NCBI GenBank assembly: GCA_029261165.1
Contig: JAJDBV010000006.1
Location: forward strand, 33,656 to 97,655
DNA length: 64,000 nucleotides
Direction of reading: 5' to 3'
Origin: Nitrospirota bacterium
GTDB lineage: Bacteria > Nitrospirota > Nitrospiria > SBBL01 > JAADHI01
The notes below the pieces were generated by a model, which saw only the letters and a program-made list of their open reading frames with translations, was not told the DNA's origin and searched no databases. Position 1 is the first letter of the stretch. Each line of letters begins with the position of its first letter. Below, one piece after another: positions 29,379 to 39,626 of the stretch. A program made the position numbers and the translations under genes.

Positions 29379-31121
29379 ATGAAGAAAAAAACATTTCATT
29401 TGGTCCTGATCAAGCCCTCTCATTACGATGATGACGGTTATGTGATCCAATGGATGCGTTCGTCAATCCCTTCTAATTCTCTCGCGGCGCTTTTTGGTCT
29501 GGCGCAGGACTGTTCCAGCCGAAAGGTTCTCGGCGATGATGTCGAGATTGTGCTGAGTGTCTACGATGAGACCAATACGCGAACGCGCGTGAAGCAGATT
29601 TCTGATCGTATCAATAAATCAGGGGGCAAGGGCCTGGTGGCCCTCGTCGGCGTTCAGACAAATCAATATCCCCGTGCGGTGGACATTGCGCGTCAGTTTC
29701 TCGCGGAAGGCCTTCCCGTTTGTATCGGCGGATTTCATGTCAGCGGGTGTTTGTCGATGCTGCCGGAGGTTCCGGCTGACCTTCAGGAGGCCATGGACGA
29801 AGGGATCTCTCTTTTTGCCGGAGAGGTTGAAGAGGGCCGGTTTGGATCGCTCCTTTTGGAAGCCTACTCAGGCAAGTTGAAACCCCTTTATAACTATATG
29901 GATGATCTTCCAAACATGGAAGGGGAGCCGGTCCCATTTCTCCCGGCAGAGAAGATCAAGAAAACGGCAGGTTTGAGAGCCAGCTTTGACGCAGGAAGGG
30001 GCTGTCCCTTCCTATGCAGTTTTTGTACGATTATCAATGTTCAGGGCCACAAATCACGCTATCGCAGTGCGGACGATGTCGAAGAAATTATGAGGGCGAA
30101 TGTTGCCCAGGGGATCGAAAACTTCTTTATCAGTGATGACGATTTTGCCCGGAACCGTAACTGGGAGGCTATTTTTGACCGCCTGATTAAGCTGCGAGAA
30201 GAAGAAGGTCTCAGCTTGAGGTTTGTCATCCAGGTGGATACCATGTGCCACAAAATTCCCCGCTTCATTGCCAAGGCGGCCCGTGCGGGTGTGACCCGTG
30301 TCTTTATCGGAATGGAGAGCATTAATCCGGATGCGCTGAAAGGTGCGAAGAAGAAACAGAACCGGATTACTGAGTATAATGTGATGCTGGATGCGTGGCA
30401 CAAGGCGGGCGCCTTGACCTATGCCGGGTATATTCTCGGTTTTCCGACCGATACCCCTGAAAGTATTTTGCGGGATATTAAAACGATCCAGGAAGAAATT
30501 CATATTGATATTATGGAGTTTTTTATTCTAACCCCGCTCCCCGGGTCTGAGGACCATCAGACCCTTCATAATAAGGGGGTTAAGATGGCTACCGACATGA
30601 ACGAATACGACGTTGTTCATGTCACCACGGCCCATGCAATTATGACGGATCAGGAATGGCTCGATATCTATCATCAGGCCTGGGAGGCCTACTACACACC
30701 CGAACATGTGGAAAAGGTGATCAGGAGATCTAAAGGGTGGGGGTTCAGTACGCGGGAAATGATGCTGAAGTTGCTCAGTTTTTATGCCTGCGCCAAGATA
30801 GAGAAAGTGCATCCTCTTGAGGGAGGCTTTATTCGGCTGAAATTTAGAAAGGATCGTCGGCCCGGTATGCCTCTGGAAAACCCCCTTATCTTTTACCCCC
30901 GCTACTTGGGCGAGACCCTTGTAAAGGTTGTAGAATATTTTCGACTGGTCAGCTCATATAAAAAAATTGTCCGTAAGGTGGATCAGGAGCCGCCTACCGC
31001 CCCGAACATCGCGACCATTTCCCCCGCTGCACAAGATGAAAACTTGACGGTCCTCTCCACATGGCAGGGAAAAGAACCCGAAAAAGTACTAGTCAAGAAA
31101 GAAGATAAAGTGCTTACCTGA
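29379..31121 (+). CDS. B12-binding-domain radical SAM protein of unknown specificity
   Basis: N-terminal Rossmann-like B12-binding region (LVLIKPSHYDDDGYVIQW), radical SAM cluster motif GRGCPFLCSFC and a long C-terminal extension. ATG 29379 is preferred to TTG 29376. Confidence 0.8.
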   Translation: MKKKTFHLVLIKPSHYDDDGYVIQWMRSSIPSNSLAALFGLAQDCSSRKVLGDDVEIVLSVYDETNTRTRVKQISDRINKSGGKGLVALVGVQTNQYPRAVDIARQFLAEGLPVCIGGFHVSGCLSMLPEVPADLQEAMDEGISLFAGEVEEGRFGSLLLEAYSGKLKPLYNYMDDLPNMEGEPVPFLPAEKIKKTAGLRASFDAGRGCPFLCSFCTIINVQGHKSRYRSADDVEEIMRANVAQGIENFFISDDDFARNRNWEAIFDRLIKLREEEGLSLRFVIQVDTMCHKIPRFIAKAARAGVTRVFIGMESINPDALKGAKKKQNRITEYNVMLDAWHKAGALTYAGYILGFPTDTPESILRDIKTIQEEIHIDIMEFFILTPLPGSEDHQTLHNKGVKMATDMNEYDVVHVTTAHAIMTDQEWLDIYHQAWEAYYTPEHVEKVIRRSKGWGFSTREMMLKLLSFYACAKIEKVHPLEGGFIRLKFRKDRRPGMPLENPLIFYPRYLGETLVKVVEYFRLVSSYKKIVRKVDQEPPTAPNIATISPAAQDENLTVLSTWQGKEPEKVLVKKEDKVLT

Positions 31122-31204
31122 TTATTAGGGCATTCGGGTCAGAGAAGGTAAGGGGTCACTGTTTAGGATGACAGTTTTTTTATCTTTTTCGTAACCCTTA
31201 AGGC

Positions 31205-31615
31205 TTACTCTTTTAGGGCAGCGACCTTTTCCAGCCAATCGGCAATCAGAAGGATCTCTTTTTCCGTCAGAACGCTTTTAAAAGAGGGCATTCCGCTTCT
31301 TCCGTGGACCACGGCGCTGACAAACTTTCTGGGCGGGATCGTCTTTCCGGATTGGATGAGTGATGGTCCCAAGGATGTCCCTCCGCCTCTCAGACCGTGG
31401 CAATGGAAACATCGTACATCTCGCCGTTTGACCCCGTTGTAGATCTTTCCTCCCGGATGTGTCGGCATCGGAAAGTCTCCCTTCACGCATCCAGACTGAT
31501 AAAGAAAAATCATCGCCAAAAGAAGGATTTTTATTGTCGAGGAAGTCTTGATTATCAGCATCGGACCTATGATACGTGATATGTCATTAACTTCCAACAT
31601 CAAGGTAATTTTCAC
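31205..31615 (-). CDS. monohaem class I c-type cytochrome
   Basis: Haem motif CFHCH and a distal GMPSF Met-ligand region. Has a signal or anchor sequence. The start may be the internal Met at 31561. Confidence 0.8.
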   Translation of the reverse strand: MKITLMLEVNDISRIIGPMLIIKTSSTIKILLLAMIFLYQSGCVKGDFPMPTHPGGKIYNGVKRRDVRCFHCHGLRGGGTSLGPSLIQSGKTIPPRKFVSAVVHGRSGMPSFKSVLTEKEILLIADWLEKVAALKE

Positions 31616-31661
31616 GCCTATTTTTCTTGAGTTTTTTATCCATCTTCTCTAAACTCCTGCC

Positions 31662-33440
31662 ATGTCTACGCCTTGGTCAAAAGATGACGTCATGGAAGAG
31701 GTGGAGGCCCTAGCCCGTATTGCTGTGAAGGGAGGGTCTGATACGTCTCCTGATGAGCAGAGATGGAATGAAGAGACATATGGGGCGTATTGCGAGCGCC
31801 TTGAAAGGCTTCGAGATATCTACCGTGAATCGCCCATGCTCTTTGACCCTTCCCTGGTAAAGTGGATCAAGCGACTGGCGGATCAGGCCCGAATAGAACC
31901 CCTCCGGACAGAACGCTTACCAAAGGAAGTCTTACGGTCCATATTTGGTTACGATACCTTTCGAGCCGGCCAGGAAGAGATCATCAACGCGGTCCTTGCC
32001 GGAAGAGATTGTGTGGGTGTGATGCCGACCGGGGCGGGCAAATCCTTAACCTACCAGATTCCGGCCCGAATCCTTTCCGGGGTAACTCTGGTCATCTCTC
32101 CCTTGATCGCGCTCATGAAAGACCAGGTCGATGCATTGACGGAATTGGGCATCAGTGCCACTTTTATCAATTCCAGCCTGAGTTTTGAAGAACGCCGCGC
32201 CCGAATCTCTGCGCTCATCGCCGGGAAGTATGACCTGGTCTATGCCGCGCCCGAAGGTCTGGAAGGGGCCTTGTTTGAACTACTCTCAAAGTGTCGAATT
32301 AATCTGATTGCTGTCGATGAGGCCCATTGTATCAGTCAGTGGGGACACGACTTCCGACCCTCGTATCGGAACCTGTCCACTCTGAAAGACCATTTTGGCC
32401 ATGTCCCGGTTCTGGCGCTAACCGCCACCGCGACCGATGTGGTCGTCGATGACATTGTCCGACAGATGGGGATGGGGGACCCCTTGAGATTCAGGCGGTC
32501 GTTCTATCGGGCGAATCTCCGGCTTCATTCCTATAGAAAAGGGAATGGACGGGAAACCAAACGGGACATCCTCAACCTGGTTCAGTCTCGTCGTGGCCAG
32601 TCCGGCATTATCTATTGCCTGAGCCGGAAAGGAGTTGAACAGACGGCGGCCTATCTGGTCAAGAACGGGGTTGATGCCCTGCCTTATCACGCGGGGATGG
32701 AGACGGGGCACCGAGACGAGACTCAAGAGGCCTTTCGCAGGGACGATATTGATGTGATCGTGGCGACGGTTGCTTTCGGGATGGGGATCGACAAACCGAA
32801 TATCCGGTATGTGATCCACCGGGATATGCCGAAAAGCGTTGAGGGATATTACCAGGAGATCGGGCGCGCGGGCCGAGACGGGATCGGGAGTGATTGTGTC
32901 CTTTTCTATTCCTGGTCGGAAGTTATCAGCTATGACCGCTTCCTTGAAGCGACATCGGACCTCGAACTAAAAAATCGGGTTAAGGCCCAGACCCGGGAGA
33001 TGTTCCGTTTAGCAGAGGCGAAACATTGTCGCCATCAGAGCGTGGTCGCCTATTTTGGTGAAAAGATTGATCCATGTGTTGGATCGTGTGATATCTGCGG
33101 GACCTGGGATCTCCTGGAGGAGATCCGGCCCTTACGCCTTCAAAAATCTCGGGGAAGAGTTGCGGGCAATCCGATTAACCGGCGCGAGCAGCGGAAACTC
33201 GCGATTGAAAATATGGACGAAGCGGGAAGCGGCCTCCTGGCCCAGTTAAAGGAGCTACGTAAGCGCCTGGCAGATGTTAAGGGCATCCCAGCCTACCTCG
33301 TTTTCAGTGATGCCGTCCTCATCCAATTGGTCGAAGAAAAGCCGGCGACCGATGAAGCCCTCCTGGCAATCAACGGCATCGGACCAAAAAAGCTCGTCCA
33401 GTATGGAGAAGATTTTCTGGGGTTACTTCGGGAGTGCTAG
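31662..33440 (+). CDS. recQ: ATP-dependent DNA helicase RecQ (with ~90-aa N-terminal extension)
   Basis: [38 protein letters not shown], the RQC zinc Cys cluster and a C-terminal HRDC ([13 protein letters not shown]). Confidence 0.9.
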   Translation: MSTPWSKDDVMEEVEALARIAVKGGSDTSPDEQRWNEETYGAYCERLERLRDIYRESPMLFDPSLVKWIKRLADQARIEPLRTERLPKEVLRSIFGYDTFRAGQEEIINAVLAGRDCVGVMPTGAGKSLTYQIPARILSGVTLVISPLIALMKDQVDALTELGISATFINSSLSFEERRARISALIAGKYDLVYAAPEGLEGALFELLSKCRINLIAVDEAHCISQWGHDFRPSYRNLSTLKDHFGHVPVLALTATATDVVVDDIVRQMGMGDPLRFRRSFYRANLRLHSYRKGNGRETKRDILNLVQSRRGQSGIIYCLSRKGVEQTAAYLVKNGVDALPYHAGMETGHRDETQEAFRRDDIDVIVATVAFGMGIDKPNIRYVIHRDMPKSVEGYYQEIGRAGRDGIGSDCVLFYSWSEVISYDRFLEATSDLELKNRVKAQTREMFRLAEAKHCRHQSVVAYFGEKIDPCVGSCDICGTWDLLEEIRPLRLQKSRGRVAGNPINRREQRKLAIENMDEAGSGLLAQLKELRKRLADVKGIPAYLVFSDAVLIQLVEEKPATDEALLAINGIGPKKLVQYGEDFLGLLREC

Positions 33441-33598
33441 AGTAGTAGGCTTACCTTTCTGAAATTTCCATTGAACATAAGCGCGACTCTGTTGGATAAT
33501 GAACATGATTTTGATCAAGCTGCCTGCATTGCCTGACTATGTACATACGGGGAGCAGTGTATTTTAAATAGGATAACAATGTATCTAAGGAGTACGCT

Positions 33599-35206
33599 TT
33601 GATTTCTACGTCGAATATTGCCATTCAGTTTGGGGCCAAACCTCTGTTTGAACATGTTTCGGTCAAATTTTTAGAGGGAAACCGATATGGCTTGATTGGT
33701 GCAAATGGCGTCGGGAAGTCGACTTTCATGAAAATTCTCTCTGGAGAATTGGAGCCGTCCACCGGTGCTGTATCGATTGGTCCCAATGAACGGCTCGGCA
33801 ACTTGCGACAGGACCAGTTTGCCTTCGAAGATGAAATTGTCCTGGATGTTGTCATTATGGGGCATGCTGAGCTATGGCGTATCAAGAGGGAACGCGAACG
33901 GATTTATGCCCTCTCAGAGATGAGCGACGAAGAGGGCTTAAAGGTGGGAGAGCTGGAGGCTGAGTTTTCCGAAATGGACGGCTATACCGCAGAATCCCGC
34001 GCGGGTGAATTATTGTTAGGTCTTGGCATCCCTATTGAGGAGCATGAGGGACCGATGAGCGAAGTCGCGCCGGGCTGGAAACTACGTGTTTTATTGGCAC
34101 AGGCCTTATTTTCTGATCCGGACATCATGCTTTTGGATGAGCCGACAAACCATCTTGACCTCGACGCCATCCGTTGGCTGGAAGACCTGTTGAGAGAGCG
34201 CTCCTGCACGATGATTATCATTTCTCATGACCGGCATTTCTTAAACAGCGTGTGTACCCACATGGCGGATCTTGACTACGGTGAGATTCGCATGTACCCG
34301 GGAAATTACGATGAGTATATGGAAGCTTCGACACAGGTTCGTAATCGTATGTTGGCCAGTAATGCCAAGAAAAAGGCCCAAATTTCAGAGCTACAAACAT
34401 TCGTTAGACGGTTTTCCGCGAATGCCTCAAAAGCAAAACAAGCCACTTCGCGTGCAAATCAGATCGAAAAAATAAAACTTGAGGAGGTGAAGCCGTCAAG
34501 CCGGGTCTATCCCTACCTTATTTTTGAGCAAGAGAAAAAGCTCTACCGCACGGCCTTAGAGGTCTCTGATTTAAGCAAGGGCTATGACGGACCACCGCTA
34601 TTCAGCAAGTTTAATCTGACGGTTGCTGCCGGTGAACGTATTGCCATCATTGGACCCAATGGGATTGGAAAAACCACGCTGCTTAGAAGTTTTCTTCCAA
34701 GCTTCAATGGGAAGGACTTAAGGACGAACTCCGGCACGATCAAGTGGTCAGAGAACGCACATATCGGCTACTTCCCTCAAGACCACACAGAGGACTTCGA
34801 GAAAGAAATGTCGCTGTTTGAGTGGATGTGCCGATGGCGGCGTGAGGGGGATGATGAACAGGTGGTTCGCGCAACTTTGGGACGGCTTCTCTTTTCTAAA
34901 AGAGAAATGGAGAAGTCTGTCAAGGTGATTTCCGGTGGAGAACAAGGTCGGATGTTGTTCGGAAAACTGATCCTCCAGCGTCATAACGTTTTGTTAATGG
35001 ATGAACCGACAAACCACCTTGATATGGAATCCATCGAATCACTCAATAATTCGCTTGAAAAATATCCCGGTACTTTAGTGATGGTTAGCCACGACCGTGA
35101 GTTCATTTCCTCTTTAGCGACACGCATTATTGAACTGACGCCAGAGGGTGTTGTTGACTATAAAGATACCTATGAGAACTACTTGCAAAAACAGGGCGTG
35201 GTTTAG
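33599..35206 (+). CDS. ybiT: ABC-F family ATPase, YbiT-like
   Basis: Near-colinear with E. coli YbiT as recalled ([49 protein letters not shown]..). Two ABC cassettes. TTG start behind AAGGAG. Confidence 0.9.
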   Translation: MISTSNIAIQFGAKPLFEHVSVKFLEGNRYGLIGANGVGKSTFMKILSGELEPSTGAVSIGPNERLGNLRQDQFAFEDEIVLDVVIMGHAELWRIKRERERIYALSEMSDEEGLKVGELEAEFSEMDGYTAESRAGELLLGLGIPIEEHEGPMSEVAPGWKLRVLLAQALFSDPDIMLLDEPTNHLDLDAIRWLEDLLRERSCTMIIISHDRHFLNSVCTHMADLDYGEIRMYPGNYDEYMEASTQVRNRMLASNAKKKAQISELQTFVRRFSANASKAKQATSRANQIEKIKLEEVKPSSRVYPYLIFEQEKKLYRTALEVSDLSKGYDGPPLFSKFNLTVAAGERIAIIGPNGIGKTTLLRSFLPSFNGKDLRTNSGTIKWSENAHIGYFPQDHTEDFEKEMSLFEWMCRWRREGDDEQVVRATLGRLLFSKREMEKSVKVISGGEQGRMLFGKLILQRHNVLLMDEPTNHLDMESIESLNNSLEKYPGTLVMVSHDREFISSLATRIIELTPEGVVDYKDTYENYLQKQGVV

Positions 35207-35280
35207 AATCATGACGCCTTGTCTTCAATCAAAATAAACGTCACTCGACCTCCCCTTTGATCTCCATAAGTTGAATCCCC

Positions 35281-36369
35281 GTGGACGATACAGACAACAA
35301 GCTAAAAACGGCCTGGATCCGGCAATTAAAGGAAGACTGGAAGTTGGCCAATTTTAGCTACTTTGGAGACGAGATGCGTCTTCCACATCTTTGTCTTTCA
35401 TCTTCAGGAGACGTTTTGGGACAGTGGAAGGGCGGCTGTTACAGGTCTCTTTCCATTAGCCTGATTTTAATTCATAACCACACATGGGAATATGTTCAAG
35501 AAGTTCTTTACCATGAAATGGCGCATCAGTATGTCGAGGAAGTCTTAGGGTTTTTAGAGGAAAGGCCTCATGGAGAGGCCTTCAGGAGCGTTTGCCTGAA
35601 ACATGGCATTGATTCCTCGGCGACGGGTTGCCTGGCCTCATGGCTTGCAAAACGGAAAAAGAGTGCGTTTGCTGATTCAAAAAATCACAGGATTATAGAC
35701 AAGGTCAATAAATTGCTGGCGCTGGCCCAGAGTACGAATGCGCATGAAGCCGAGAGCGCCATGGTCAAGGCCCAGGCCTTGTTGTTAAAACACAACTTGT
35801 CCTTGCTTGAAACGCAATGCGAAAGAAAATACACACATAAACAAATCGGTCGCGTGGGAAGGAGAAATCCCATCCGCTCAATCATCAGCGCCATCCTTTC
35901 GAGGTTCTTTTTTGTCGAGGCGATCTGGACCTTCGGGTATGATACACATGAAAATCGGAGTGGCCGGGTTTTGGAAATATACGGAACCCCAGAAAATCTT
36001 GAGATGGCAGAATACGTATACTTTTATCTGCAAAACATGTCGGAACTTTTATGGACAGAACATAAAAAACAGGAACAGATCAAGGAAAACAGGTATCGAA
36101 GGACTTTTATTTACGGTCTTCTGGATGGTTTTTATAAGAAGCTGGAAGGCCGGGTGAGCGAAAACCGGTCGAAGAACCTGGTTTGGAAGGGAGATCCGCA
36201 ACTCAAGGCCTTCACCCGTCGAAGGAATCCAAGGCTTGTCCGCTCCTCCTCCAGACATTCAAGAAATTGTAATGATACCTACCGTTCCGGAGTTGCTCAG
36301 GGAAACAATCTGGTCATCCATAAAGGGATTCGTGAGAAGAGCAGCGGGGACGTGAAGCTTCTGAAGTAA
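35281..36369 (+). CDS. SprT-like zinc-metallopeptidase domain fused to a DUF2786-like domain
   Basis: HExxH (YHEMAHQY) in a SprT-like N-terminus. The central KVNKLLALAQSTNAHEAESAMVKAQALLLKHNL resembles DUF2786. GTG start. Confidence 0.6.
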   Translation: MDDTDNKLKTAWIRQLKEDWKLANFSYFGDEMRLPHLCLSSSGDVLGQWKGGCYRSLSISLILIHNHTWEYVQEVLYHEMAHQYVEEVLGFLEERPHGEAFRSVCLKHGIDSSATGCLASWLAKRKKSAFADSKNHRIIDKVNKLLALAQSTNAHEAESAMVKAQALLLKHNLSLLETQCERKYTHKQIGRVGRRNPIRSIISAILSRFFFVEAIWTFGYDTHENRSGRVLEIYGTPENLEMAEYVYFYLQNMSELLWTEHKKQEQIKENRYRRTFIYGLLDGFYKKLEGRVSENRSKNLVWKGDPQLKAFTRRRNPRLVRSSSRHSRNCNDTYRSGVAQGNNLVIHKGIREKSSGDVKLLK

Positions 36370-36441
36370 TTATGCTTGTAATCACATTAAAAAGGACTTA
36401 CTCTCGGGAGGTCATCGCTGTTCTGGTGAGGCGAGGAGTGA

Positions 36442-37401
36442 ATGAAGCATCGTTGGTCAAGCACCATTAAGGGTATCCTGTCCCTGTCTCTTTTTTCTCT
36501 TTTAATCGTCGTGTTCTCCGTTGCGATTGCCGCAGACATCTATAAATGGATCGATGAGAATGGCTCCATCCACTTCTCGGATTCAACCGCTAACGTGCCG
36601 GCCAAGTACAGGTCCCAGGTAAGCAAAATAGATTTACGAAATAAAAATGAATCTCCTGACAAATCAAAAGCGATAGAAAGAAAGGACGGGAGCAATGACT
36701 CCTCCCCGGGGAAGAAAGGAAGTCCTAAAAAAATTAGTATTCCATATAAGGCCTATGAAGGTTCTGCACGCAGGATTATTATTCCGGTAAAAATTAATGA
36801 TCGCGTTACAGTTCCGATGCTCCTTGATACAGTGGCCCCTGGTACAATCATTTTTTTTCAACTTGCATTTAGGTTAAAACTTTTTGAGCGTGACGAAGGG
36901 TGGTTGTTTACAGAAGTATCCGGCATTGGCGGCACGATTCCAGCGATACGTTCTATTATTGATACCGTACAAGTTGGGACAGCGAAAAACCACTTCATCC
37001 CCGTTACGATCGTCCCGCCTGTTTCAGACGAATTTGAGGGGATCATTGGCATGGATTTTATGATGAATCATTTAATTCAGATAGACCCAAGTCAGGAAAT
37101 CCTGATATTTGAGGAGCTTCCCCCAAATTCCAATTTGGTCGGCGGGCGTGACGAACAATGGTGGCGGACAACATTTTCTGAATTTGACACCTATCGGACG
37201 GTCTGGAAGGAACGAAGAGATACGGTAAAAAAACAGCTAAGGAAATCGTCCTTGGGTGATGGGTTTGTAAGAGAGCGAGCGATGCGTTTTGTGCAGCGTG
37301 CAGACTACCAGCATAATGAGGCGGATAAACTTTTAAGCAAGCTAAAAAGATTTGCCAGAAAATTCGCGGTCCCAATGCACTGGAGGCGTCACAAGAGATA
37401 G
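36442..37401 (+). CDS. DUF4124 domain plus retropepsin-like aspartic protease-fold protein (active site DTG changed to DTV)
   Basis: TM or signal segment, DUF4124 signature IYKWIDENGSIHFSD, retropepsin-like VPMLLDTVAPGTII and GIIGMDFM. Confidence 0.6.
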   Translation: MKHRWSSTIKGILSLSLFSLLIVVFSVAIAADIYKWIDENGSIHFSDSTANVPAKYRSQVSKIDLRNKNESPDKSKAIERKDGSNDSSPGKKGSPKKISIPYKAYEGSARRIIIPVKINDRVTVPMLLDTVAPGTIIFFQLAFRLKLFERDEGWLFTEVSGIGGTIPAIRSIIDTVQVGTAKNHFIPVTIVPPVSDEFEGIIGMDFMMNHLIQIDPSQEILIFEELPPNSNLVGGRDEQWWRTTFSEFDTYRTVWKERRDTVKKQLRKSSLGDGFVRERAMRFVQRADYQHNEADKLLSKLKRFARKFAVPMHWRRHKR

Positions 37402-37418
37402 TCCTGTCACGAGGGGAT

Positions 37419-39491
37419 CTACGTCCCGGTATTCGTCGTGAATATGTTGTTGAAAAGACGGGATTTCATCTTTCCCAGCCCTTTCAGCGTGAAGGAGAAA
37501 GTGAACTCATCTCGGTCTTTAAAATCCAGAAAAGTTAAGACGACCCCCCAACATTCCGCTTCATAGAAGACTTCATAATCGATTTCAACCAATTCTTTTG
37601 CATCCGCATCAAAGTAGGTTCTGTTTCCGGCACCGAAGCCCCAGGGGGATCTGAGGAGAAGGGATCCTGTCCAGAAGGAGATGTCCGAAGGAATGTCCTC
37701 TGTATTTCCGAGGTATAAGGGGTTGAAGAGGTCTCCTTTTTGGGGCCTTGACCCAGCGCGGGTTGACCTCTGACCCAGAGTAAGGTTCATATAAGGCCTC
37801 AGTTTGAATTGAAGGTCGCTATTTAATGAGGTCAAACGGGAATGATACAGGTTGTAGAATGAATCGAAGGACAGCGAGATGGAGGGGAAAGGGTTCACCA
37901 TCAGTTCGCCACGGAGGTCAGAATAAGGGCGGGGATCAGGTATGTTGGCACGTGCCGTGTCGAAGCGGTAGGTTTCTGTTAGCCGAAGGGATCCTTTTTC
38001 TTCCAGACGTCCACCGCCGTTAGTCGTTAATAAGCGCTGTATTATTGAGACCGTAACGGAATTCCGGCTTGAGATACTATCGATGTCATCAAATTTGGGA
38101 ATATCACCTTTGTTTTCAACCTCGATGTACTCGTAGAAAATTCCGGAGGAGATCAGATGCGTCAAGGCCTTCCCGTGCCGGTAGAAGAGATTCTCAAGCT
38201 TGATTCCACTCGGGACGATTTCATGACTGATCGCGTGATCTTTTAGTCTTCCTCTGCTGTACCAGGTTTCGCGAAAACCGGTCCAGGGTGTCAGTGTGCC
38301 TGCATATGGGAATGAGATGGGGATCGAGATCTTCGGGTAGACATCCAGCCGTTTTGCGCTCAGGCCCGACTTTCTCCAAAAATTGACGGCAGTGCTTTCA
38401 AAGTGTAAGAAAATCGGCGCATCCCCAAGGCGATGTTCATTGAGGGTATATCCGATTTCAGGAAGGCGCTGTAGTGTTGTGTTGTTTCTTGACGTCGTGA
38501 GGTTTTGTGTATAGCGGCCCAGGAGATAGGCGTACGAGTCGTCTCCACGGTAAGCAAGAACGAAGTTTGATTCAACCTCTTTCAGGGCACGTTCGGATGT
38601 CTGATCGGAGAGGTCCTGGAAGTGATTGGCCTGATTGACATATCGTGCATCGAGCTTTGCTTCGATTCTGTTAGTGAAGCGATGCTGAAGATTATATTGG
38701 ATCTCCCAACGGGCGATGTCGTTCTCCCGGTCACGGAAATAGTTTGCATTGAGTGTTCCGTTCGATTTTCTTGACTGGAGATAACGATATTCGATTGCCA
38801 GTCCGTCTCCCTTGCTTCCCTTGTGTTCAAGAGAAAAGGTTGCGTCCTTGTCAGGCGCGATGGCCCAGAAAAAATCCTGACGATAACGGAAACCATAGCG
38901 CGAACTGTAGCCCGCACCAGGGACAAGGAGCCCCGTCTGCCTTTTCGTCTTTACGGGATAAATAAGGTAGGGAAGGTAAAAAAACGGGACATTCTTTGCG
39001 TAGAATATGACATTTTTTGCGACGACATACTCTTCAAGCGAGATACGGAGATGCTGTGTGCGGATTTTCCAGTCAGGGTTTTTCTCGCATTTACATGCCG
39101 TAAATGACCCGTCATGCAGTTCGTAGCGGTCAAGCGCACTTCGCTCGATCCGAGTCCCCCTCAGATAATAATTATCACTTTGAATGAAGAGGCGACCATG
39201 ATGTAAGACGCCCAGTCTTGTGTTGATATCGAATTCGGCCTCAATGGCATCTGCAAGGTTTTCACCATCAGTGAAACGGACGTTTCCGATGGCATATAAT
39301 TTTCCAATGGTATTATCAAGCCGGAGTGAATCCGTTTCTATTCGGCTGCGGCCCTGCCGAATGCCAACGGAGCCTTCCGCAATAAAAATGTCTTCATCTT
39401 GTTGGTATTCTAGGTGGTCCGCCTTGAGATGGATCGTCTCGCCGGAGGCCGCCAGGGCGGGGCGAGACGAATTCATGATGAAGGTAGTCAA
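37419..39491 (-). CDS. lptD: LPS-assembly outer membrane protein LptD
   Basis: N-terminal OstA-like region (ADHLEYQQDEDIFIAEGSV) and a large C-terminal beta-barrel with alternating aromatic pattern. Confidence 0.85.
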   Translation of the reverse strand: MTTFIMNSSRPALAASGETIHLKADHLEYQQDEDIFIAEGSVGIRQGRSRIETDSLRLDNTIGKLYAIGNVRFTDGENLADAIEAEFDINTRLGVLHHGRLFIQSDNYYLRGTRIERSALDRYELHDGSFTACKCEKNPDWKIRTQHLRISLEEYVVAKNVIFYAKNVPFFYLPYLIYPVKTKRQTGLLVPGAGYSSRYGFRYRQDFFWAIAPDKDATFSLEHKGSKGDGLAIEYRYLQSRKSNGTLNANYFRDRENDIARWEIQYNLQHRFTNRIEAKLDARYVNQANHFQDLSDQTSERALKEVESNFVLAYRGDDSYAYLLGRYTQNLTTSRNNTTLQRLPEIGYTLNEHRLGDAPIFLHFESTAVNFWRKSGLSAKRLDVYPKISIPISFPYAGTLTPWTGFRETWYSRGRLKDHAISHEIVPSGIKLENLFYRHGKALTHLISSGIFYEYIEVENKGDIPKFDDIDSISSRNSVTVSIIQRLLTTNGGGRLEEKGSLRLTETYRFDTARANIPDPRPYSDLRGELMVNPFPSISLSFDSFYNLYHSRLTSLNSDLQFKLRPYMNLTLGQRSTRAGSRPQKGDLFNPLYLGNTEDIPSDISFWTGSLLLRSPWGFGAGNRTYFDADAKELVEIDYEVFYEAECWGVVLTFLDFKDRDEFTFSFTLKGLGKMKSRLFNNIFTTNTGT

Positions 39492-39626
39492 TGCGAGAAG
39501 CAGGCATGCTGTTATTGGAAGCCCTGTGAAGCGTTTCTTCTGCCAGTTCGATTTTGCGATGTGTGTGAGGGGAATGAGGGCGTTCCTTCTTGCTGAATAG
39601 TTACGTTGGATAGAGCCGTGGCCCCT

